From IMG/VR virus record IMGVR_UViG_2740892016_000006, positions 1 through 50,109 of that record: 50,109 nt of DNA; one strand, 5' to 3'. The position numbers and the translations under genes are program-made. Position 1 is the first letter of the stretch, and each line of letters opens with the position of its first letter. The notes beneath the pieces are model-generated. The model was not told the origin of the DNA, made no database searches, and worked only from the letters and a program-made list of their open reading frames with translations. This DNA is from a virus. Its lineage: Duplodnaviria; Heunggongvirae; Uroviricota; Caudoviricetes. Positions 1 through 8,645 of the stretch are shown here, piece by piece.

Positions 1-104
1 ATGCCAGCGTTAATTAATCCAGGCAATGATCAGTTTTCGGTTATAAATTTCTTGCCTCACCAGGAATGCGCGGGATATAGTTTAAAGGTTGCCGCAAAAT
101 CGGC

Positions 105-380
105 AGCCGGGCGTAGGAACCCGTGTTATCTGAAGGCGATACTACACGCGCTAGGCGTGTTTTTTTGTGTCGCAGCTTTGACTCACCTAAAATTTATGGT
201 GTGGTGGCTGATTGTATTTTTTTATTTTTTACGCCACATCATCAGAATTATGGTAGTCCAGGCGGGGCAGCTTTCGGGCTGGCCGGTATCCTTCAGAGCC
301 GGTATTCCTACCCCCGTCTGGGCTACCACCCATGAGCGTAGGAACTCCGGTGGTAGCGTTACCCGCTATCTGAAGGAGGT
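105..380 (+). promoter_or_regulatory. P4-type RNA immunity region: two direct repeats (about 111-136 and 334-378, sharing GCGTAGGAAC and TATCTGAAGG) flanking a partially complementary segment (about 283-315)
   Basis: Seen in sequence: direct repeats plus a segment whose ends (CCTTCAGA, TTCCTAC) are reverse complements of the repeat ends; the second repeat overlaps the SD of the next ORF, matching the seqA/seqB/seqC logic of P4 cI RNA immunity. Confidence 0.45.
283..315 (+). ncRNA. Candidate CI-RNA-like element (seqB analogue); boundaries approximate
   Basis: Segment complementary to both flanking direct repeats; inferred by analogy with P4, no structure computed. Confidence 0.3.
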
Positions 381-387
381 TGCCATT

Positions 388-591
388 ATGGCTACAGTCC
401 CTGCTTTATCTCACCCTGAATTTACCTTTGTCTTTCTGGCTGTCCGCCGTACAGACCGTGATGCCCGTCCACGCCCTGTGCGTGTAATCGCAGAATGCGA
501 GCATGCTGCACGCCTTAAACTTGCCACTGAATTTATCCTGAGCTTTGCTGCCCGTATCCCTGTGAAAAGAGCCGGGGAGGTGGTTGCATGA
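388..591 (+). CDS. Small protein in the kil position of the satellite left operon (68 aa)
   Basis: ATG at 388 preceded by GAAGGAGG (372-379) that is overlapped by the second immunity repeat; in frame with the long track ORF 1..591, whose upstream part is judged non-coding. Confidence 0.4.
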   Translation: MATVPALSHPEFTFVFLAVRRTDRDARPRPVRVIAECEHAARLKLATEFILSFAARIPVKRAGEVVA

Positions 592-824
592 AATCCATGA
601 ATTTTAAGCAAGGCTGCATATTGAGTGAACAGGGGGAGAGTCGTCTGTTACGGGCGGCACTGGCCAGTGAGTTTCTTGCAGAGGTCTTGTCCGTGCCCAC
701 AGTGAATGGAGCGAGAACTGTTTCAGCGGAAGGCGCTGCGGCTTTAGTGGCCTGTATTGCCGAACAACTGGATGGCGTTGTTAAGGAAACCAGCACAATT
801 AAGGGAGTGATGCGCGATGAATAA
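588..824 (+). CDS. Hypothetical satellite left-operon protein (78 aa)
   Basis: ORF with GGGGAGG SD upstream; stop overlaps next start. Confidence 0.5.
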   Translation: MKSMNFKQGCILSEQGESRLLRAALASEFLAEVLSVPTVNGARTVSAEGAAALVACIAEQLDGVVKETSTIKGVMRDE

Positions 825-1227
825 TAATCAAAATTTAAAGGCGCATGCTTTACGAACAGCAGTCTTACGCTACTACATTGCTGATGCATTCATTTCCTTA
901 ATGGTGCGTGTTCATAATGAACCTGTTTATATTGAAGATGGCGAACGAATAGAACTCTCCCACGAAAAAGTGGTGAGTAATATTATTTACCATATTGAAA
1001 TGCCGTGGGTGAATGAGTTTGGGGCTGATGCTGGTTGCATACTGGCCGCAGAGAAACTGGAAAAAATGCTTAAACCAGGCTTTATGTCAGAAAATATTCG
1101 CCTGTCAGTTTTTGGTGTCACAGAGATGCGTGAGGTTTACCGGGATATTATTTTCGGAGCACCTGATGGCGAACTACCCGAAGGTTTTGAATTTGTGAAG
1201 CCGGAAGGTCAGGAGGTGCTGCTGTGA
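817..1227 (+). CDS. Hypothetical satellite protein preceding the primase (136 aa; epsilon/orf151 position)
   Basis: ORF translationally coupled to the alpha gene (overlap at 1224-1227). Confidence 0.5.
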   Translation: MNNNQNLKAHALRTAVLRYYIADAFISLMVRVHNEPVYIEDGERIELSHEKVVSNIIYHIEMPWVNEFGADAGCILAAEKLEKMLKPGFMSENIRLSVFGVTEMREVYRDIIFGAPDGELPEGFEFVKPEGQEVLL

Positions 1228-3911
1228 AAACACCGTCTGTATCCACGATTTCCGGAGCTGCAATTGGGCGCTGGCCTTATATCCTGTCAGCATTAGGTAT
1301 TAAAGTACCGTCCGCAGGACATCATGGGGCTTGCCCTGCCTGTGGTGGAAAAGATCGTTTTCGACTGGACGATAAAGCGGGGCGAGGGACGTGGTTTTGT
1401 AATCAGTGCGGTCATGGCGATGGTCTTGATCTGGTTCGTCTGGTGACAGGAAGAAAGATAAAAGAAGTCGCCGGGATGGTATCTGAGGCGCTTGCATTAC
1501 CAGAAATACAGGAGAAGCCCGCATTGCCAGCCAGGAAAAAGGCCGCAGGAAAAGAAGCGGGCGCGGAGCGATATACCAGACTCAGACAGCAGTCCTGCAA
1601 TGGTGAGCCGGTCTATCTGACAAATAAGAGCTTACACGGGTATTCACTTCCCTTGCTGTCACAGCCTTTGAATCTGGCCGGAATAACATTTTCCACCGGT
1701 TCATTACTGCTGCCTTTGACGGATATTTCCGGGAATATTACTGGTGGCCAGCTTATCAATCCTGACGGGGATAAAAGTCTGCTGCCCGGTAGCCAGCTGT
1801 CTGGCGCATTCATTGCCCTGACCGATATACCCGCTGAAACACCTGAACAGGTGATTATCACTGAGGGTTTTGCCACGGCGCTTACCGTCAGTCTGCTGAC
1901 TGAAGGATGGATCGTGGCGGCTGTCGCTGCCACCAATTTACTGAAGGTGACGGAGCAGATCCGAAAACGCTGGCCGGAAACCCGGATCATTCTGGCCGGA
2001 GATAATGATCTGGCTGACGGCAAAGAAAACACCGGGCGTATTCAGGCAGAGAAAGCCGCCAAAGCGGTGGATGGCTGGGTAACGCTCCCTCCGGTACGCC
2101 ATAAGGCTGACTGGGATGATTATCGGCAGGAAGTGGGGAAAGAACGGGCGAGAGATGCCTTTCGTGAAGAAATGACGCTGCATGGCAAAGGGCAGACCCG
2201 TTTACCAGAAGGGTTCCGGCTGACAAAAGAATATTTGTGGTACGACAAGCTGGTTAATAAGTCTGATGGTGATACAGAGATACGTAATATCAAAATTTGC
2301 AGTCCGTTGCGGGTGACGGCAATCACCAGTGATGCTGATGGAAGTAATTACGGGCGTTTGCTGGAATGGGAAGATACCAACGGAAACAGCCGTAAATGGG
2401 CAATGCCGATGGAGATGCTGGGCGGTAGCGGGGAAGAACTGCGCCGCGTTCTGCTGGTTAACGGGCTTTCTTACATCAACATTAACGGCATGGCCAGAGC
2501 ATTCCTGATGGAATATATCTCGCTGTGTAAACCGGACAGAAAAGTAACCTGTGTGAATAAAACTGGCTGGCACGGCGGGGTTTACGTTCTCCAGGATGAA
2601 GTGATAGGGCGCGAAGCCCAGTCAGTCATCTTACAAACATCGAGTGTGCAGGGGCGTGATTTTCGTGTCAGCGGCACATCAGAGGGCTGGCGTGAAAATA
2701 TAGGCCGTTATTGCATAAAGAATGCCCGTCTTGCCTTTGCGGTGAGTCTGGCATTTGCTGCCCCCCTTCTGAAACTGGTTGGTATCGGCGGTGGAGGTTA
2801 TCACCTCAAAGGGGAATCCACAGACGGTAAAACCACGACGATGAAAGTGGCTGCATCAGTATGTGGTGGAACAGATTTCTGGCATACGTGGCGGGCGACG
2901 GGGAATGCCTTAGAAGGAACGGCGAGCCGCCGCAATGATGCCACGCTGATGCTGGATGAAATCCGGGAGGTTGACGGCAGGGAGGCGGGAAATATCGCTT
3001 ATATGCTGGCTAACGGGCAGGGCAAAGCCAGAGCCAGAACAGATGGTTCGGTAAGGGAAACCAACCGCTGGAATCTGTTGTTTCTGTCTACCGGGGAACT
3101 GTCACTGGTAGAGCATGCGGCAAGCGCCGGGGAACGTACGTATGCCGGGGTTGAGGTCAGAATGATCCAGATCCCAAGCGATTCGGGCAAGTATGGCGTG
3201 TTTGAAGAACTTCATGGCTTCAGTAGCGGGAAAACCCTGGCTGAGCATCTTGAGCAGCACGTAGCGCATTATCATGGTGCACCATTCCGCGACTGGCTGT
3301 ATTGCCTGACCGCTGATCTGCCGGAACTGACCAGTCAGGCGAAAGCCTTATTGAAAGAGTATACCCGAAGGCTGACGCCGGAAAATGCCGGGAATCAGGT
3401 TGGCCGGGCTGTTACCCGTTTTGCTCTGGTTGCGATGGCCGGGGAGCTGGCCACAAAAGCGGGCATCACAGGATGGCCGGAGGGAGAGGCCTTTCGTGCC
3501 GCTCAAAGCTGTCTGGCTGCATGGATGGCTGACCGGGGCCATACAGCTAATCAGGAAGATAAAGCGGCACTTGAACAGGTTCGGGACTTCATGACGCGTA
3601 ATCAGTTCAGTCGGTTTGCTGACTGGAATGACGACAGGAACCGGCCTGTTTCAATGATGGGATTCAGAAAAGTCGATAAAGGAGACAACGTGACAGAGCC
3701 GGTTGTGACGTTCTACGTTCTCCCGTCAGGCTGGAAGGAGATCTGTAAAGGATTTGACTCGCGTAAGGTGGCCAGGTTGTGTGTGGACGCGGGCTGGCTG
3801 AAACCCGGTGAAGATGGCCGGACGCAAAACAGCATTCGCCTGCCAGAAATAGGGCTTAAACGTGTGTACCAGTTCAATACACAGGTACTGGGAAGCGCTG
3901 AACCTGAGTGA
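1224..3911 (+). CDS. P4 alpha-type primase-helicase (895 aa)
   Basis: GTG start after AGGAGG SD; N-terminal zinc ribbon CPACGG...CNQCGH, TOPRIM-like ILAGDND, D5-type NTPase with GESTDGKTT Walker A. Confidence 0.9.
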   Translation: MKTPSVSTISGAAIGRWPYILSALGIKVPSAGHHGACPACGGKDRFRLDDKAGRGTWFCNQCGHGDGLDLVRLVTGRKIKEVAGMVSEALALPEIQEKPALPARKKAAGKEAGAERYTRLRQQSCNGEPVYLTNKSLHGYSLPLLSQPLNLAGITFSTGSLLLPLTDISGNITGGQLINPDGDKSLLPGSQLSGAFIALTDIPAETPEQVIITEGFATALTVSLLTEGWIVAAVAATNLLKVTEQIRKRWPETRIILAGDNDLADGKENTGRIQAEKAAKAVDGWVTLPPVRHKADWDDYRQEVGKERARDAFREEMTLHGKGQTRLPEGFRLTKEYLWYDKLVNKSDGDTEIRNIKICSPLRVTAITSDADGSNYGRLLEWEDTNGNSRKWAMPMEMLGGSGEELRRVLLVNGLSYININGMARAFLMEYISLCKPDRKVTCVNKTGWHGGVYVLQDEVIGREAQSVILQTSSVQGRDFRVSGTSEGWRENIGRYCIKNARLAFAVSLAFAAPLLKLVGIGGGGYHLKGESTDGKTTTMKVAASVCGGTDFWHTWRATGNALEGTASRRNDATLMLDEIREVDGREAGNIAYMLANGQGKARARTDGSVRETNRWNLLFLSTGELSLVEHAASAGERTYAGVEVRMIQIPSDSGKYGVFEELHGFSSGKTLAEHLEQHVAHYHGAPFRDWLYCLTADLPELTSQAKALLKEYTRRLTPENAGNQVGRAVTRFALVAMAGELATKAGITGWPEGEAFRAAQSCLAAWMADRGHTANQEDKAALEQVRDFMTRNQFSRFADWNDDRNRPVSMMGFRKVDKGDNVTEPVVTFYVLPSGWKEICKGFDSRKVARLCVDAGWLKPGEDGRTQNSIRLPEIGLKRVYQFNTQVLGSAEPE

Positions 3912-3929
3912 TTATCGCGTGAGTCTTAT

Positions 3930-4130
3930 TTTTATGAGGTAACACTGGTAACAGAGGTAACACCCGTTACTGATGCGGTTCTTCAGTGTTACCAGTCAAA
4001 AATACTGACTGGTAACAGAGGTAACAAAAAATGGTGTGTTACCACGCGTTACCTCTTGATTTTGCTAACTGGTAACAGATTAAATCCTTTTAAATCAATA
4101 GCGTTACACGTGTTACCAGTGTTACACGTT
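3930..4130. repeat. Iteron array (crr/ori-like): about a dozen GGTAACA / TGTTACC heptamers in both orientations
   Basis: Seen in sequence immediately downstream of the alpha gene, e.g. GAGGTAACACTGGTAACAGAGGTAACA, CTGGTAACAGAGGTAACA, GTGTTACCAGTGTTACACG. Confidence 0.6.
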
Positions 4131-4193
4131 CAGAACAAGAGGTAGGGATCCAAATCCCTTCTTCTGGCGGGCAACAGTATAGGGCACAGAACG

Positions 4194-4466
4194 ATGAAGA
4201 TGATGAGAATGTACTGCCCCACATGTCAGGCAGTAGCACGGATAGGTAAAACAAACAGGAAACACCCACAACTGTACGATGTGTACTGCTATTGCTCTAA
4301 TGTGGAGTGCGGTCACTCGTTTGTGATGAATGTTGCTTTCTCCCATTCCGTTAGTCCAAGCGCGCTGAACGGGCAGGGAAGGGTTAAAGAGCTGATTGAT
4401 GCAATTCCACCCGAGGAACGGGAAAAGGCTTTAAAGTTGCTGCTGGCTGCGCAAAAGAATGGGTAA
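4194..4466 (+). CDS. Ogr/Delta-family zinc-finger late-gene transcription activator (true start may be ATG at 4203 or 4209)
   Basis: CPTCQ-x22-CYCSNVEC arrangement matching the P2 Ogr / P4 Delta C-x2-C...C-x4-C zinc finger. Confidence 0.75.
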   Translation: MKMMRMYCPTCQAVARIGKTNRKHPQLYDVYCYCSNVECGHSFVMNVAFSHSVSPSALNGQGRVKELIDAIPPEEREKALKLLLAAQKNG

Positions 4467-5145
4467 AGTATGCGTCGGGAATGGCCGATCTGTTCCCGGA
4501 ACCTGAACACAGGATTTCAGTTTATACGGTCATAAAATTATTATTTTTCAACTGGTTATCTTCTTCATGTTTCACAAACCTTCATAAAATCACACACCTA
4601 AAATTAATTATCCATTTAATATCATAGAGTTGCGTATTCAGGCCATAGATTCGACGGACAGTAAAACTGAAAAAAAATGAATTTCTTTTCATTCTTTTCA
4701 GTTCCTGTATCGCAGTACATCTCGAGGACTGGCACGGACTGGCGGTATCGTTTGTAAAAAATCCAGGCTGAAAATTTTTAGTGATATGAAAACCGCAGGC
4801 GGGTGCGGTGTAGTGCCGTTTTGGTCTGTCGAGCGTATATTTTCCTTTTTCACGATTGCTGCATATCAAAACGAATGTGCAGATATCAGGCCGTGTCAAA
4901 CCGTGAATCGTGGAGCCTAAATGCCCAAACTACGTTTGTAGACCTAGCTAGGGGAAGGTTTCCACATATACTGCTACCTATCTTCCAGTCGCTGGTGAGG
5001 ATCAAGGTAAGCTAACTGGTGAACAAGAAAAGTACTTTCGTATCTTGCGTACTCGTTTTTTTTGATTAGTATGTACAGGTAGTAACTGGATGGTGAGAAT
5101 TCGTCATAACTTATCAAATTGCATGATGTTTATAGAGTATGAGTA

Positions 5146-6027
5146 ATGAGTCATAATAAAAAGGAATATGCTAAATTTTTCCGTCGCCCCATTTTTTCAT
5201 CCTTAGCAAAAGGTAAGGATATTTCGGATTTATTTGGGAGTTTTGATTCTTACTGCTATGAAACACTGTTTTCAAACAATGATAATAATGAACATGAGAT
5301 TTCACTAAGGGATTTATTTACATCATTATATGATTTTTTGCGTCTGAATTATAGAAATGAATATGTTTATAAGACAGCACTTGTCAATAAAATAATATTC
5401 GGTAAGCACAGCCCAAAAACAAGTTCGTCGTCCATAGAGTTACCAATTAAAAACTCTATAGTGGATGTTGCGGTGTTTAATGGTACGTCTACAGCTTACG
5501 AGATTAAGACAGAGTATGATTCACCAAAAAGGTTGATTACTCAAGCCCCTGATTATTTGGATGTTTTTGATAAAGTGTATATAGTTACACATCCAGAGTA
5601 TGCAAGTAAATATTGTGCTTTAAATCTCCCCAGAGTGGGAGTTATGGTTTTGAATAAAAAAGATCAATTGAGTGTCATTAAGGAGGCAGATTCAAATATT
5701 GATTATATTAAAAGTGACAGCTTGTTTTCAGTTCTTAGAAAGGAAGAGTTCTTAGCTATAATAGAAGATTACACTTCAACTAAAATAAATATGCCTAACG
5801 GATTGGTTTATGAATATTGTAAAGAGATATTCATGCAGATGCCATTAAACATAGCAAATAAATACTTTATCTCTGCTATGAAAAAAAGATGTAACGATAA
5901 AGTTTTTTTGGATTATATTTATTCTCTTCCAGCATGTTTACGTGTTTTAGGTTATGCAACACCATTATCAAGAAAGCAAAAAGAATTCATCATGAATTTG
6001 ATGGATGTAAAAATTAAAATTTGTTGA
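5146..6027 (+). CDS. Hypothetical protein A of AT-rich cargo operon (293 aa); possible PD-(D/E)xK-like nuclease motif
   Basis: Long ORF in visibly AT-rich DNA with Asn/Lys/Ile/Tyr-rich composition; motif IVDVAVF...AYEIKTEYD resembles the D...ExK catalytic strands of restriction-endonuclease-fold nucleases (weak). Confidence 0.7.
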   Translation: MSHNKKEYAKFFRRPIFSSLAKGKDISDLFGSFDSYCYETLFSNNDNNEHEISLRDLFTSLYDFLRLNYRNEYVYKTALVNKIIFGKHSPKTSSSSIELPIKNSIVDVAVFNGTSTAYEIKTEYDSPKRLITQAPDYLDVFDKVYIVTHPEYASKYCALNLPRVGVMVLNKKDQLSVIKEADSNIDYIKSDSLFSVLRKEEFLAIIEDYTSTKINMPNGLVYEYCKEIFMQMPLNIANKYFISAMKKRCNDKVFLDYIYSLPACLRVLGYATPLSRKQKEFIMNLMDVKIKIC

Positions 6028-6048
6028 TATCCTCAGGAGTTGTAAGTT

Positions 6049-6999
6049 ATGTATAGCCCATATTTGTATGCGAGAAGTACAGAGTTATTATGCCTTAGGG
6101 ACCTCGTTGCGAAGGGAGTTAGCCTAAATGGTCTGCTACCAATTTTAGAACCAATTAACGTCAATACGAGAAATTTATTAACATGTTTAAATGTTTGGAA
6201 TTCTGACATAATTGTTATCCTTAATCCTTATCAGGAAGATTTTTCTTCACACAATAACGTCTTAACTTTAAATCAAAATTTATCAAGTGTATTAACAAAT
6301 AAAAATAATATCATCTCTGGATATCTTATTCAGCCCAATACAACGATTAATGATATTAATAATTGGTTGAATGCTAACTTAAATAGACGAGTTGCACTTC
6401 TATATGATAATCCATCATTATCCAACTCTGATATTCAGTTGTTGGCGACAAATCAATTGATTAGTTATCATGTTGTTTTAAATAATAAAATGCTTCCTAA
6501 TCAGTGCGCTCTTCTTCCTTTGTCGAAGTTAATTATTATTAGCGATAACTTTAGAAAGTTAGCAAAAAATGCTGATTATAATGGGCCGGAACTTTTCACG
6601 CACGCACATCAATTCGTGGGACAAAATTACTTAGGATTTGGCGATTATACAATTACTGGCCAGGTACTAGATCTTGGAGGTGGTCAACCTTCTGCTGTTG
6701 CCGCACATTTGGTGTTCAAGAATTTACAAGCGAATACAGTTTGGATTCGTCATTTTGTATCAAGCAACACGCAACGAGGAAGTTCAAATGTTACTGCAAA
6801 ATTTTTAGATGTTTCAGATCAAATTACAAATCTTGTTCCCCAACATCCAACCCAGTTTGGCAGCAACATTGGTCTTAACTATTATTATTACAATAGTCAA
6901 CCAACTGTAAGGCATTTCCCTGGGTTGCCAAAAAACAAACAGTATCAAATTACTCACCATATTTGTTTCATGCTGGATTTAATAGCAGGTCGTATTTAA
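6049..6999 (+). CDS. Hypothetical protein B of AT-rich cargo operon (316 aa)
   Basis: ATG at 6049 with AGGAG 10 nt upstream, 21 nt after gene A stop; Asn/Ser/Leu-rich, no motif I recognise; 3' end overlaps the integrase 3' end (6979-6999). Confidence 0.7.
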   Translation: MYSPYLYARSTELLCLRDLVAKGVSLNGLLPILEPINVNTRNLLTCLNVWNSDIIVILNPYQEDFSSHNNVLTLNQNLSSVLTNKNNIISGYLIQPNTTINDINNWLNANLNRRVALLYDNPSLSNSDIQLLATNQLISYHVVLNNKMLPNQCALLPLSKLIIISDNFRKLAKNADYNGPELFTHAHQFVGQNYLGFGDYTITGQVLDLGGGQPSAVAAHLVFKNLQANTVWIRHFVSSNTQRGSSNVTAKFLDVSDQITNLVPQHPTQFGSNIGLNYYYYNSQPTVRHFPGLPKNKQYQITHHICFMLDLIAGRI

Positions 7000-8154
7000 T
7001 AAGCTAGCGTACCATTCCATCATTACTTGTCGATCTTTAATATATTGCGCATGATTGTAAGTACCTCGAATAGAGTTCTTATCAACATGCGCAAGCTGCA
7101 TTTCAATCCAGGCACTTTCAAACCCATGCTCATGCAAGATGGTGCTCATGGTATGCCTGAAACCGTGACCCGTTAACCGACCGTGATAACCCAGTAGTTT
7201 TATCACTTTGTTGATGCTGGCTTCGCTCATTGGTTTACTGACGTCATTCCGGCCAGGGAAAACGAGGCTGTAATTCCCTGTTATTTCTTGCAGCTTTTTC
7301 AGGATATTGATCGCCTGAGTTGATAACGGAACCAGATGGGGGCGGCGTTTCTTCATCCGTTCTTTGGGGATCTCCCATAAGGCATTATCTAAATCAAACT
7401 CAGCCCATTCCGCTGCACGTAGTTCAATTGTTCGCACGCCTGTTAGCATCAACAGCTGCGTGGCGTATTTGGTAACTAAACTGCCCTGATAGTTATCCAG
7501 AGCATTAACGAACTCGGGCAACTCGCTTTCAGTCAGGAACGGGAAGTGTTGGGTTTTAGGTTTGTTGAGTGCGATAGCTAAATCGGGTGCAAAATTATAC
7601 TTTGCTCTACCAGTGGCAACAGCATAACGAAGCACTTCACCACAGCGGCGGCGGATCTTACTGGTTTGCTCTAGCGCACCTCTTTTCTCTATTTTTTGCA
7701 GGACGGTTAGCAGTTCTAATGGTTCAATCTGCTCAATTGGGCGCTGGCCGATAAAAGGAAAAATATCCTTTTCCATACAATTGAGAACCTCTTTTGCATA
7801 ACCCTCTGACCAGGTGGCTTTTTTCGATGAGTGCCATTCTCTGGCCACAGACTCAAAGCTGTTCTCATGCGCGAACTGCAAAGCAATCTTATCTGCTTTT
7901 CTGGCTTCACTTGGGTTTATCCCGTTGGCTAACATCGAACGCGCTTCATCACGTTTGGTACGTGCCTGTGCCAACGACACATCGCCATATACGCCAAAGG
8001 AAATCATCTTAGGCTTACCTGCAAAGCGATAGCGAAAACGCCAGCCTTTACTGCCCGCTGTGTCGATCAGGAGTGATAGCCCCATACCATCGTTAAGCGT
8101 ATAGGGTTTGTCCTTCGGTTTTGCTCTTTTTATTTGGATGTCAGATAGCAGCAT
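6979..8154 (-). CDS. P4-family tyrosine integrase (about 391 aa; start taken at the second Met of the track ORF)
   Basis: N-terminal KPKDKPY...WRFRYRFAGK arm-binding motif, C-terminal HGFRH...LAHVD...RGTYNHAQY catalytic region; homologous to the IntS-like integrase at 48952-50109. Confidence 0.9.
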   Translation of the reverse strand: MLLSDIQIKRAKPKDKPYTLNDGMGLSLLIDTAGSKGWRFRYRFAGKPKMISFGVYGDVSLAQARTKRDEARSMLANGINPSEARKADKIALQFAHENSFESVAREWHSSKKATWSEGYAKEVLNCMEKDIFPFIGQRPIEQIEPLELLTVLQKIEKRGALEQTSKIRRRCGEVLRYAVATGRAKYNFAPDLAIALNKPKTQHFPFLTESELPEFVNALDNYQGSLVTKYATQLLMLTGVRTIELRAAEWAEFDLDNALWEIPKERMKKRRPHLVPLSTQAINILKKLQEITGNYSLVFPGRNDVSKPMSEASINKVIKLLGYHGRLTGHGFRHTMSTILHEHGFESAWIEMQLAHVDKNSIRGTYNHAQYIKDRQVMMEWYASLLNTTCY

Positions 8155-8314
8155 GTGTATAGAAAAAAGATCGAACTCAGTTATACACAATGTTATACGC
8201 AAAGATGTATAGATTCCATTAGAAATAATGGTACTTTGCTGGACGAGTATAAGGAGATGATATCAGTTAAAACAGTGAGTTATGGAATTAATTGAACTTA
8301 GTGAGAAGTGTTCA

Positions 8315-8329
8315 TGGTGTCCCCTGCAG
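8315..8329 (-). other. Attachment-site core: TGGTGTCCCCTGCAG, reverse complement of the 3' acceptor end of tRNA-Arg (argW) as I recall it
   Basis: Sits between the satellite integrase start (8154) and torI (8403); argW sequence is from memory and must be verified. Confidence 0.5.
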
Positions 8330-8402
8330 ACATCTACTTGAAGCGGCAGGGGATTGATTGGAATGGTGTTTTTTAGATGTGAAAAAAATTTTACCCGCTA
8401 TT

Positions 8403-8603
8403 TTACCCATTGGCGCGGCTTAAGAGCTTATTTTTGAATTCACAATGGTCACGATATAACCATCTTGCTCGTCCGTGGATAACTTTGGCTTTAGGCAGGT
8501 CGCCGGACTTAATCCGGTCATAGATGAAGGTCTTACCGAAGCCAGTATCGGCCATGATGAATTTCAAATCAACCAGGGAATCAGGCTGTAGTTCGTGTTG
8601 CAT
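8403..8603 (-). CDS. torI: TorI-type excisionase / recombination directionality factor (66 aa, AlpA-like)
   Basis: Sequence MQHELQPDSLVDLKFIMADTGFGKTFIYDRIKSGDLPKAKVIHGRARWLYRDHCEFKNKLL matches the recalled E. coli KplE1 TorI. Confidence 0.8.
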   Translation of the reverse strand: MQHELQPDSLVDLKFIMADTGFGKTFIYDRIKSGDLPKAKVIHGRARWLYRDHCEFKNKLLSRANG

Positions 8604-8645
8604 GAGTGCTATCTCCGAATAGGGAATCGAACCTGCAAATCAGGC

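Larger units (their letters stand above)
1..8314. mobile_element. P4-like satellite-type integrative element, partial (continues beyond window start)
   Basis: Gene content and order: RNA-immunity repeats, kil-position ORF, alpha primase-helicase, iteron array, Ogr/Delta activator, cargo operon, P4-family integrase whose 5' end faces a tRNA 3'-end core at 8315-8329. Confidence 0.65.

Noticed and set aside
1-591. 196-aa track ORF spanning the window start
   Set aside because: The region contains the immunity repeats and looks regulatory; only the in-frame C-terminal part from ATG 388, which has an SD, is a plausible CDS.
1300-3594. Minus-strand and alternative-frame ORFs inside the alpha primase gene
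   Set aside because: Embedded in a well-supported 895-aa CDS; no independent start signals.
4582-5015. ORFs 4582..4899 (-) and 4803..5015 (+) in the leader upstream of the cargo operon
   Set aside because: Overlapping, no convincing RBS, odd composition; region more likely promoter/leader. A small RNA here cannot be excluded.
6979-8603. Integrase at 6979-8154 and torI at 8403-8603 as an adjacent xis-int pair of the lambdoid prophage
   Set aside because: An argW 3'-end core lies between them, torI matches KplE1 TorI whose partner integrase is at the other prophage end, and an IntS-like integrase is present at 48952-50109; the left integrase is assigned to the satellite. Not fully excluded.
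8605-8640. Possible tRNA gene suggested by a GGTTCGATTCC T-loop-like motif on the minus strand
   Set aside because: The sequence beyond the T-loop cannot form a T-stem or acceptor stem and no CCA end follows; interpreted as an att-associated tRNA fragment.
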